Shown: in pieces, positions 1-9,809 of the stretch | Layout of the letters: the number at the start of each line of letters is the position of its first letter | Position numbering within the stretch: the stretch's first letter is position 1 | Source: Basidiobolus meristosporus CBS 931.73 | Lineage: Eukaryota; Fungi; Basidiobolomycota | DNA length: 47,645 nt | Reading direction: 5' to 3' | NCBI GenBank assembly: GCA_002104905.1 | Contig: MCFE01000671.1 | Coordinates: forward strand, 1 to 47,645 | Made by a program: the position numbers and the translations under genes | Notes under the pieces: generated by a model | Database searches by the model: none | What the model was told of the DNA's origin: nothing | What the model saw: the letters and a program-made list of their open reading frames with translations, nothing else

Positions 1-657
1 TTGGTATTGCCTTTAAAAGGTTTTTAGTATCTTCTTTGTTAGTTATTATTGTGTATTAAGTCATTTTCTTCTTCCTTCTTGTTTGCCCTTGATTTTCTGA
101 ATTCTTCATCCAGAAGCCTTCCTTATACATAATATAAGGTCAAATCTTCAGTCCTGCACTCTAGGTTGAAACAAGACCCTGAAACTGGTCTGTCAGGCTA
201 TTCAGGATGGTGACTACTACATCTTCATCAGTAGTTTGTATGCTGACAATTTCCATCCCATGTTACAGCAGGGTAATTCTATTAATAAGATTTATTATTT
301 CCTCTCCTCACAGCAGCTTTGTAGCAAAGAATTTTTGTCTAGGATGCATCCTCCTGGAAGCTTGACATGACTGGTAGGCATCTTCTAGTGCCTTCCTGGC
401 ATTCTTTGCCATATTCCATTTGAGCGTTGAATTAGCAATTTGTCTTTGACATTAAGGCAATTGCTATTGAAGTCACTTTGTTCTTTCTTCTGGTACTTTA
501 AGGATTCCTCTCCCATGTTTTTAGGAGGGCATTCTTCTCCCATGACAGTATCTTAAAGGCCCCTTTGTTATAGCAGCATCTTCATCTTCATCTTCACCTT
601 CCACACTTGGTAGTTAGATCCATCCAACTTTTAAGCAGAGGGAAAAGTTCCAGTAAT
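1..657 (-). pseudogene. gag: Copia-B1 gag fragment (continues at 15793 after the Copia-A1 insertion; runs off the left edge)
   Basis: Reverse complement aligns with the Copia-B gag at 43230-43830 (e.g. gtcatgggagaagaatgccctcctaaaaacatgggagagg); degraded. Confidence 0.85.
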
Positions 658-1026
658 TGTTGAAATATTGGACTATTTGGTATCATTCTGCAGCTAAAAA
701 TTTACTTAGCAATTCTGAACTAGTCTTGGTCACTGTGGGACTATTTTACAGCTCTAACTTTGCCACTTTCTCCAGATCTATGATCTTATGATTATTCCCC
801 TATAGTCAGGATCAAATTAGCACTAATACTAACTATTATGTACTAACCCTGAAACTGTTACAGAATGCTCCTGAATGTTGAGAAGCCCTCCTTACTTAGT
901 GTTACAGCAGTATTACTTCTACAAAGGTATAAATACAGAGCTTCTTTACTAAAAAACAACAGTTCAACTATTATCACTATTTCTTGATAAGTTCCTTATA
1001 TCCAAATCACTTCTTAAGTTGCAACA
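658..1026 (+). repeat. Copia-A1 5' LTR
   Basis: TGTTG...CAACA termini; TATA-like gtataaata; direct repeat of 15424-15792, 37211-37578 and 41037-41405. Confidence 0.95.
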
Positions 1027-1039
1027 GGTTATAAGCCCC
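1027..1039 (+). promoter_or_regulatory. Primer-binding site, half-tRNA-iMet type (variant GGTTATAAGCCCC)
   Basis: Directly after the LTR; one mismatch to the GGTTATGAGCCC motif of copia/Ty5-type elements primed by the tRNA-iMet 5' half. Confidence 0.8.
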
Positions 1040-1062
1040 AATTGCCTTAATCTATTCTAAAG

Positions 1063-2490
1063 ATGACTTCTACCAGCAAACAGAGCAACACAAACATCTT
1101 CCCTGTAAAGTAGAGGTTTGATGGACAGAACTACAGACTTTGGAGAATCAAGATGCAGATCTACCTTGAGGAAAGGAAGCTTTGGAATATAGTAACAGGA
1201 AAAGAAGTTGAGCCCAAAGGAACAGCAGAAGAAGTGGAGAAGTTTCAAGAGAAGGAAAGAAAGGCCTTTAATGCCTTATGTATCAATGTGCTAGATTCCT
1301 TCATTGGACAAATCCATGCCTCAAATACTGCCATAGCAGCATAGGAATCCTTAGAGAAGATCTTTAGAGCAAAGTCAGTATCAAACAAGCTTTATTGAAA
1401 ACAAAAGTTCTTCAACATGAGGAAGAAGCCAGATGATGACATGCTACAACTCATTACCAAAATGGAGACACTTGCAGAAGAACTTTACAGTATTAATGCT
1501 GGTGTAGATGATGAAGACAAGATACTCTGTCTGCTTTGCAGCCTACCAGACAAGTATGAGCCACTCATACTCTCTTTTGAGAGCAGAGAAGACAATTTGA
1601 CTTTAGACTATGTCAAAGGAAGACTTCTCCATGAAGACCTCAGACTCAATGATCAAGCAAAGAAAACTGAAGATAATGCTTTATTCAGCTCAGAAAGGCA
1701 CACAGAAAAGAGGGGAAAGCAACAAAACCAAAGAAAACCTGGTTGCTGCAACTATTGTAAAAAGCCAGGACACTGGGCAAAAGAATGCAAGAAGAAACAA
1801 GCAGACAAAAAACAGAAACTAGAGCAGGCAAACCATATAACTACTGATGTACAGTTATTTGTGACTGTACAAGAGAGTGCAAGTAACCAAAGTAATGAAT
1901 GGTATATTGACTCTGGAACCTCACAGCATATTTGTGGTATAAAGGAGTGGTTCAGCAACTTAAAGACTATTCCCGTAAGAAAGGTTTATCTGAGAGATAA
2001 CTCTGCTCTGGAAGCTACTGCAAGTGGGTCTATACAACTAAATATGAGCAATAGCTCAGGGGCAACAACAGCAAGACTCACTGACGTACTCTATGTACCT
2101 GGAATAGCTAAGAACCTACTCTCAGTCAGTAATGCAACTGCTCAAGGACTGCAATTTGTTTTTACTAAGATGAGCTGCTCAATATTGAGTGAGAATGGAC
2201 AAAAATTAACAAAAGTTAGCTTTGGGAATCAGAGATCACAATATATACATGTTACAAAGCAAGATCATTGTACCTGAGTATGTAAACATTGCTGAAACTG
2301 ATGAAACCAACTGGGAGATGTGGCATAGGAGGCTAGGACACATTGGGGAACAGAAAATGAGCCAATTGGTGAAAAATCAGCTTGTTTTGGGCCTAAAATA
2401 CTCAATTCCAATCAAATTTAATGTTTCTAAGGGATGTTCATATGACAAACAAGCTAGGCAACGTTTCAAGAGCTCAGAAGGCATCAATAC
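1063..2490 (+). pseudogene. gag: Copia-A1 gag (UBN2-like, CCHC knuckle), protease and GAG-pre-integrase
   Basis: CNYCKKPGHWAKEC zinc knuckle; WYIDSGTSQH protease motif; WHRRLGH; stops and frameshifts. Confidence 0.92.
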
Positions 2491-2860
2491 TGTGGGTTAT
2501 CACTGACTGTACTTGGTGAGTGGGAGAGCTTGTAGGTCAAGTCAGTACCACTTGGTTCAGAATAGCTTCCAATAGAAGGTAGCAAGGTAATAAAGACTTG
2601 TGTTTATTCTGTCCAAATCCCCTTCACCTGGTTCAATTGGGTACATATATATATCACTTGGGGGGGCTTAGATAATAGACAATGTGTTATAAAATAGGGG
2701 TGTGAACACCTTCCTGTTATGGTAAGTGTTCTAACTAGATAAGGGCAGGGATAGGAGGGAGGGTGCATGGGGGAATCATAGGGAGGATACTGGGGGACTT
2801 TGGGTAGGACTCTGGGTAGAACTCTTGGGCAAAGAGTGGGTACTGCATTTAGTACTCACA
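2491..2860 (-). repeat. Gypsy-1 3' LTR
   Basis: TGTGGG...CTCACA; matches 12346-12929 once the MITE is removed. Confidence 0.93.
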
Positions 2861-2933
2861 TATCCTGGGGGTTAAGAGGGAGCTTTGTCCTTGAAGTTCT
2901 TTGACTAACTCACTTCTCCAGGATTAATTTTGT

Positions 2934-4205
2934 TCACAGAGCATGGGGAGTCACCATAGTACCATTGCTGGTTGTCACTTGCAAGGGGGTTGTGGGCAAA
3001 TACCTGATACCATTTGGCGGCAGAGTGGGGTGCGGCTTGCATTGCTCAAGGGATATATTCCACAGAGCCAAATAGTTGGCAAACCATAGGGTTCTGGGTA
3101 AGTTCCTGGGGAGGGTTGGAGAACAAGAAAAGGTGCAATAGCGCAATAAAGTCTTGCTTCTTTATCTTGCAAATGTTGTTGGGGCTTGTCCTTTTTGTGT
3201 TCTATATGATGGTAGGGGACCTTTCAAGAGGGCATACACTTGGTTGGCAGTCACCCATTGTCAATAACAAGTTTTTGCTTCTTCCAAGATGTATCGTAGT
3301 TCTTCCATAGAAACTGTGGCACAATTGAGGCACTTTTATACTTGCCTTATGGTTTCTACAGAGTCTGTGGTGGTTTCTTTGGCTTCTTGGAGTTGGACTT
3401 TGTACTGGTTCCTGAGTTGTCCTATGGTAAACCACTGTAATAGTTGTAACACAGCACCTCAGTGGATTGCATGGGTTAACTGGCTGGTGTATTAAATCCG
3501 TTTGCATATCTTCTCTAAGATGGTTCCTTCTTAGAAATGCAGTTTGAGATGTTTGCAATTTCTTGGAGGAGTCCTTCAATTGGGAGTTCTACTTCTGGTG
3601 CTCTTGTGGCTTGTACTAGGTCTGTGTATACCTCAACAACCATGGTATCTATTGATAGCAAGTGTGCAACAAAACAGGGGGGCTCTCCAGGTCTTGTGAG
3701 GGCACAACAGTTGATTCCTTGTGTCTTCTGTCTGACTGTGTCCAGTATGGATACAGGAATCAGTATGGCATCCTTCTCCTTAATGATCAAGGAACCTCCT
3801 CTTAGGTGGTACACAGTCTTCTTGGGTAGTATCTCCATGCTTTGTATTGGCATAGGTAATTTGTCTTGTCCCTTGCTGATTGTGTCTTGTATTAATGTGA
3901 CTGCTCCAGCAAACAATTCTTCATAGGTGGCTCTTGTTGCATGTAACACTCACACCATATCTCTCAACACTTGCAGGTCAGTTTTGTTTTTGATATCATC
4001 TTGGTTCTTGCTGGTGGGAGGGTATTGCCAATATTGGGTGAACTGTTTCCTTTGTTGCTTTCCATATGCATTCTTTTGTTCTCCCCTTTGGGCAAACTTC
4101 CTTGCGCATATCATTTGTACCTTTATTGACTAAAATCTCTTCTAATAAACTTTGTATGTATCCTGTGTCTTCCTCTATCCTTGTTCCTGATAATTGTTTA
4201 ATCAC
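2934..4205 (-). pseudogene. Gypsy-1 accessory ORF region of unknown function downstream of integrase (~400 codons, decayed)
   Basis: Overlapping open stretches 3996-4205, 3515-3949, 3202-3579 and 2934-3146 on the element sense strand between the IN stop and the 3' LTR; no motif recognised. Confidence 0.5.
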
Positions 4206-4980
4206 ACTTTGGTTTCAGTGATGATTGGTGGATCATCATGAAACAGTTTCAGATGGGCTGGCGCTACGTTGCTGATTGTCTTATTGCTCAGGGTGATGGT
4301 GTACTTTGGTCCATGGTCCAAACTAATAACGGTGCAAGGGCCAATCCATTGAGGTGTAAATTGTGGGCAAAACTTGAGGCCTGCAACAGTTTGATTGTAC
4401 CACACTTTATTGCCTGGTTTTTACTTTTGTCCTGTTAGTTTCTCCTTTTTGGGTGGAGGGGGAAGGTGCTTGTCAACATTTTTGAATACTTTTATGTATA
4501 GGTGGGCAATATGGTGCATCAACCTTTCTACATAGTTGTTATGTGTTGTCAAGGGGACACCTTCCATTGTCAATCCAGCTTCTTCACGCCACTTGGGCCT
4601 TTGTCCATACAGAACTTTGTACAGGGAGAAACCTGCTGTTTTATTTGGTATCATACGCATTGCTAGGAGTGTCAGTGGGAGTAGCTTGGCCCATGATTGG
4701 GGATGTTCCCAGTGGAGCTTCTCTAGTATGTGGCAAGACATCTGGTTCATCCTCTTGGTTAATCCATTGGTCTGGGGGTGATATGCGGTTGTGAAGACCT
4801 GTTTCACACCCATCATTTCACACAAATGGGCCATGGTGTTGTTCAGGAAGGAGCCACCATTGTTGGACAGGAGTATCTGAGGATATCTGTGCCAGCAGAT
4901 GAGGTGTTCTAGAATGAATTGGGCGGTTGTCTTCTGGTCTTTATTTCAGACAGCTTGGGCTTCTACCCACTTTGAGAAAT
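4202..4980 (-). pseudogene. pol: Gypsy-1 integrase core and GPY/F C-terminus
   Basis: TTAYHPQTNGL, SLYKVLYG, WIGPC motifs; joins 9189-9308 (GIDFVGPF...ATNY/FSKWVEA) across the DNA transposon. Confidence 0.9.
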
Positions 4981-5162
4981 AGACTTGTTCCGTTGGATAG
5001 TGCCACATAGTGCCAGCCTGCTTATGGTGCCAGATTGTTCTGGCACTCTACGGCACTATCTGGCACTATAATTTCTACCATGATGCCAGTGGTATGATAC
5101 AGTTACTGGTAATTTACTCAATCTTACTTATGTTGCTCAGAATAGTGCTTTCCTTGCTTTAT

Positions 5163-6046
5163 TTACTCTTCATAATGCTCCAGACACATTTCTCTCAGTG
5201 GATGTCTTCTTGTATCAACATACTGTGCATTAATAAGTATCTTAACTATTTTACCTATTCTGCTGTTTTCTCCTATATATGACTTTCCTCTGTATTTACC
5301 TGCCAATATGCTGAATCTCTTCAGATATCCAAATGTGTGCTCTACCCTCACTCTGAAATGATTAAATATCTCATTGTAGAGCTTCTGCTTCCTGCTAAGC
5401 ACACCATTCCTTGGCTTCCTATAAGCTTTAATACATCCTAATCTCTGACAATCCTCTCCTATATAGGCTAAGTCTGCCATACATTTCTCCCCTCTACTGA
5501 ATTCAGGATGATTCTCTACCCAGAGTGCTTTGTCATGCCTACTTCCAGCAAATGGCCCACTAAACCAGACGATGTTACCCTCAATGTCAGACAGTGCTTG
5601 AAACTTCACACAGTGTGCCTTGTACTTGCCAGAATAAAACTGCCTCTGCCCTCTAGAAGGTCTGTTAATCCTCACTGGGAAGGTATCCAAAATACTCCTG
5701 ATATGGAACCTGTTGCTGAACACTCTGGGATATGGAAGTCAATTGGAGCTTCTGAACCTAGTATTTCAAGCTTGCTCTAAGTCATTCATACCCTCTGCAA
5801 GGTGGTTCTCATTGCTGTCAGCTGGGAATGAAAGCTTCTAGGACTTTTGTTGCCATGGATGGGGGGATGAAACCTTGCAGGGCAATAGTTCTTGTAATAG
5901 CAGAGAAGCTTGACAAGGGATCTCCTTGAGTAGATTGGGGTTGATGGTCCACAGTACTTGGAATAGATCTCCTCTAGTGTGTCAACAGGAAATCCAGTGG
6001 TAGTGATGGGATTGATGAGAAAAGACCATTCAGATGAGTTAGTCAT
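5163..6046 (-). pseudogene. DDE_Tnp_4-type (IS5/ISL2-like) transposase, ~295 aa
   Basis: LDTFPVRINRP, YSGKYKAHCVKFQ, GSRHD, ADLAYIG, RVRVEHTFGYLKRFSIL motifs; one frameshift and one in-frame TGA (5739-5741). Confidence 0.9.
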
Positions 6047-6405
6047 ATTAAAATTGGTGGAGGATTGTATAAAGGCGGTTTGAATTGATTTGGCATGATC
6101 CGCGTTATTTATCTGATTTTTAATACATTATGGTTAAATCTCCATCAATTGCCATGTATCCCATCATTATGTCTCAAAAATCATCCGCAAACAATGCCTT
6201 GGTACATTTATTGATGCTTTAATCATAGGTCTATAATCAAATAGGAAATCTGCGATTGATCTGATCTGATCCGTGTCAACGCGATTTAAGATGCATCATG
6301 CATAATATATGGAAAATTCAACAATCACATTAGTTTTCATATATATTTCATATAAGACCAGGTTGATGCCAATATACTGCTGTATAAGTATCCAAATCCG
6401 TTGCT

Positions 6406-8446
6406 ATGGTCCCCATACCAAGCCTCAACTCATCTTTAGTACAACCCAGACAAAACCCATCCCCCAGCTCACAAGCACGGTCCGGTGTGGTAGGGTATAC
6501 ATACCTCCCACAGACAAGTTTATTCATATAGTCATTATGATATACTTATCCATATTTTATCTTATCAGTATTATCCCATTCTTCTTTTGCCCATATTATC
6601 AGTATTATCCCCATATGATGTTTACCCTGATTAGTTATTAGCATTAGTTATCCCAGATGTTATTCAGCTTTGTGATCAGTAGATATATCTATATAAGGCA
6701 AGTACCCGCGTCAGTACCCGTGACACATGACCTAGGTCTGTGTTACCATCTCTACCATTTCAATACCATATATGGTATTTCTATGTTGCACAGGTTTCAG
6801 ACTACTGATTCCTGATTGGTTGAGAGTGCTGTGCCTTTTAGAACCTTCCAGGACATTCTTGGCATATTTTTAGCACATAGTGATGTCATCAAGAATTCCA
6901 CTGATACCTAGAATCTTCTAGAACCTTGTCATTAGTAATCACTTGGCAATCAGGAAAAGTATTTAAGGGAAAGCAATCCCTCATCAATAAATCATCCCTT
7001 CTATCAGTAACACTTCTTCCTTATTGATTAGCAGTTGATCACTGCACCTGCCTTCAACAGTACATCTCAGACCTGCCATCAAGGAGCTTTTCAGGGTAGT
7101 GCACAAGACACATAGAGGCCTTTGGAGACACTTGGAGCACCTAGGAAGCTAGAGAAGCAGGAGCTTTTACCATAGTAACATATTGACAAAGACACCAGCA
7201 GTTTAGACACAGAGGTTATTGCACCCATCAGACACCTCACACACCTTGAGTTGTGTAGCTTCTCCCAGGAGTACCTCTACACCACCACACCGGACCGGAA
7301 AAGTTGATGTTGGATCCATTTGAGTTCTTGCCAAATGATTTTAGTATGGCCCAAGTGTCTATGATGAGCCTTCATACAGATATTTGGGCACTACTGATTA
7401 ATCTAGCAGAACTAGATACCTCAGAGAGTCAACAAAGATAGAAGAATTTGAGTAGAAAGCTGTGGCATGAGTTCTACATCAAGATGCCAGCCAATGTATG
7501 TAAAAAGATATATAACAAGACAAGTATTGAAATAAAGAATGAGCTGAGAGTGAGGGGGTTTGATAAAGAAGCCACATGGGAGCAATTTCACGTGCAATTT
7601 GCACAGTACAGGCCGGACGCGTCCGTTTGTGCCTCAACTTTGGGAACCAAAGAGATTTTGAATGAGTTTTTGCCTCAAATGACTAATGTACTACGTGATA
7701 TATTAGTAGAGCTAAGTGGCTTCCAAGAGCAATATACACAGGACTCATCCAGGCAACAGCTCCAAAGTATCAGACAGAGGGTAAGCAACTACCTTGAGGA
7801 ATCAGATGGTGAGCTTCAGGAGGAAGAATACAGACCACAAGCAACATTGTCCAGATTGCGCTAGCACACCTCGCTGGATTCCCTACCATCTCTTGCAACC
7901 ACAGCACGCTGGCGCATGTCAGTCCAGAGTATGCCAACACCCTTTACCAGAACGCCCCGCATTGAGTTGACGCGCACGCTTCAGAGCATAACTACGAGAA
8001 CTTGCCAAACTGCTCATTTAGACACAAGTCCGTTGGAGCAGACTGAGTTGCGTCAACTTGCAGCATCACATCAAACTCAGCCAAGGGCCATCTCAACACG
8101 TCAAGGTGTGCCTGCACGTGCTGTTTTGCCTGACCATCAGCAAGTTACTTCTGGTGAACTGACTGATGATGACCAACATGAAGTGCCTCAACCACTGGAG
8201 CCCTTGGCAAGTAAAAGAACGCGTCAGCCCATGGCACTACAGGCCGGTTCAGTTGGTTCAGTCAAAGCAATTCAGCATGGCCAAGCTGTAGCATTGCACT
8301 CATCAACTAGGAGGCAAAATACTGACTACAAATACACAAGTAGCCAAGATGATAGTCAGCCAGGAAGTAGTATAGGTGTGCAAAGTGAGCCACTACCAAA
8401 TGCTTCAGTAGTAATCCCTGTGAGAAAAAAACCCAGGAGAAGATAA
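6406..8446 (+). pseudogene. Transposon ORF2, putative Myb/SANT-like (trihelix) DNA-binding protein with basic C-terminus; split by a solo LTR
   Basis: WKNLSRKLWHEFYIKMPANVCKKIY resembles trihelix motifs; ends VRKKPRRR; conserved in copies 2 and 3; internal TAG at 7862-7864. Confidence 0.6.
6486..7289 (+). repeat. Solo LTR (804 bp) of an unidentified LTR family with 4-bp TSD CCGG
   Basis: TGTGGT...ACCACA termini; CCGG at 6482-6485 and 7290-7293; absent from transposon copy 2 (empty site ggtccggaccgg); TATA-like and AATAAA signals near 6960-6990. Confidence 0.9.
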
Positions 8447-9188
8447 TGCAATCACTTTGAATTGCTCAAATTCTTAATGATCCTGACAACCCATTTTTTT
8501 TGCAATCCAAATCAAGCCATCGCAAATCAGTGATCATCAAATTTTTGATATAAGTAATATCAAAGTTGTCTCACATTTGAGACAGAACCCCTATAAATAA
8601 ACACTGTGCATATATATACGTCATCTATAATACCAGTGCAGCTATTGGATCTGTTTTGCACCTACACAATTGCTTGCGTGCTGGCTATGACACCTTGTCC
8701 AATCACTAGGATCAGGGATTTATTTGCTCAATGAGCAAAATGGGATATTTGATGGCAAATCAGGTAGCTTTTTTAGCAGTCAATGAGCCAATTGGGGGCT
8801 GCCAGCTTCAGGATACTTTTGGACCAATTAACCACCGAAATACCGTCCAATTGGAGTGAGGGTAACCAAAATGGTAAGTATCAGTGTAGTTTATAATGTG
8901 ATACACATTTATTTCCATTTACATTAAAGAAACATATCCAATACCGGATTTTACCTGCCATAATAGAGGTATCCAATTGCGCACGTGATGCAAACATTAC
9001 AAGTTGGCGCAATCATCCGTGCCAACCTCATTGTGTCAGATTGTGCCATAGTGTGCGAGATTGTCCCGCATAGTGCAAAATTGTCCAAGAACAATCCTTC
9101 CTTCTGGTAGCCATAATATCATGCCCAATTGTTCTTTACAACCGCAGATTGCGCCGCACGCCCTGGTACGGTACAATGGAACAAGTCT

Positions 9189-9308
9189 AATAATTGGTAG
9201 CAATTACTATGTATTGTTTTCCTAAAGGGGCCAACAAAGTCAATCCCTACCCAATGGAGGGGTAGGTCAAGCGGTATTGGTGCGGTTGTCCCTATCTTCT
9301 GACTCCGG
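9189..9308 (-). pseudogene. pol: Gypsy-1 integrase, N-terminal part of the catalytic core
   Basis: LHWVGIDFVGPFRKT. Confidence 0.85.
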
Positions 9309-9809
9309 TGTAGTGGGGTGACAGTGACACCCACTGACAGATGTACTAATTCCCATATTTTCTACTTCACTGTATCACTACTGCACTTATTTTAGTTTTA
9401 TCCCATTTGTCTTACCTGATCAGTACTATCCCACAAGCCGGTTGACTATCTCACCTGCTTACCTTATTGCATAAGTTACCCCTCACTTTATGTAAGATTA
9501 CTAGCTATAAGTACTTCTATATTAGGCAAGTACCCGCGCCAGTACCTGTGACACACAATCAACCCATGTCACCATCCCTACCATATATGGTATCCCTATG
9601 TTACACAGGTTTCAGAATACTGACTCCTGATTGGTTGGATGTGCTGTGCCTCTTAGAACCTTCCAGCACCTACTTGGAACATTCTTAGGTTATTCTGATG
9701 TCATTAAGATTTCTACTGATATCCGGGACCTTCTGGAATACCATTATTAGAAATCACTTAGCCAGTGAGAAAAGTATATAAGGGAGGCTATCCCTTAACA
9801 ATAAATCAT
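9309..9809 (+). repeat. Truncated LTR related to 6486-7289, starting right after CCGG; right end deleted together with the Gypsy-1 RH/IN junction
   Basis: Starts TGTAG after tccgg (9304-9308); shares aggcaagtacccgcg.cagtacc.gtgacaca, caggtttcaga.tactga.tcctgattggttg and aataaatcat with the solo LTR. Confidence 0.8.

Larger units (their letters stand above)
4981..9188. mobile_element. PHIS-class (PIF/Harbinger-ISL2EU-related, probably Pangu-like) DNA transposon, copy 1; 3.4 kb net
   Basis: TIR AGACTTGTTCC(G/A)TTG at both ends; 3-bp TSD AAT at 4978-4980 and 9189-9191; removing it restores the integrase frame. Confidence 0.9.

Noticed and set aside
2934-4205. Calling the Gypsy-1 third ORF env
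   Set aside because: No convincing signal peptide, furin site or C-terminal transmembrane helix visible; kept as unknown
5163-6046. Bacterial IS5/ISL2 element, prokaryotic contig or contamination
   Set aside because: The transposase is IS5-like, but the element has a Myb-like second ORF and a MITE, sits nested among eukaryotic LTR retrotransposons and shows CpG decay
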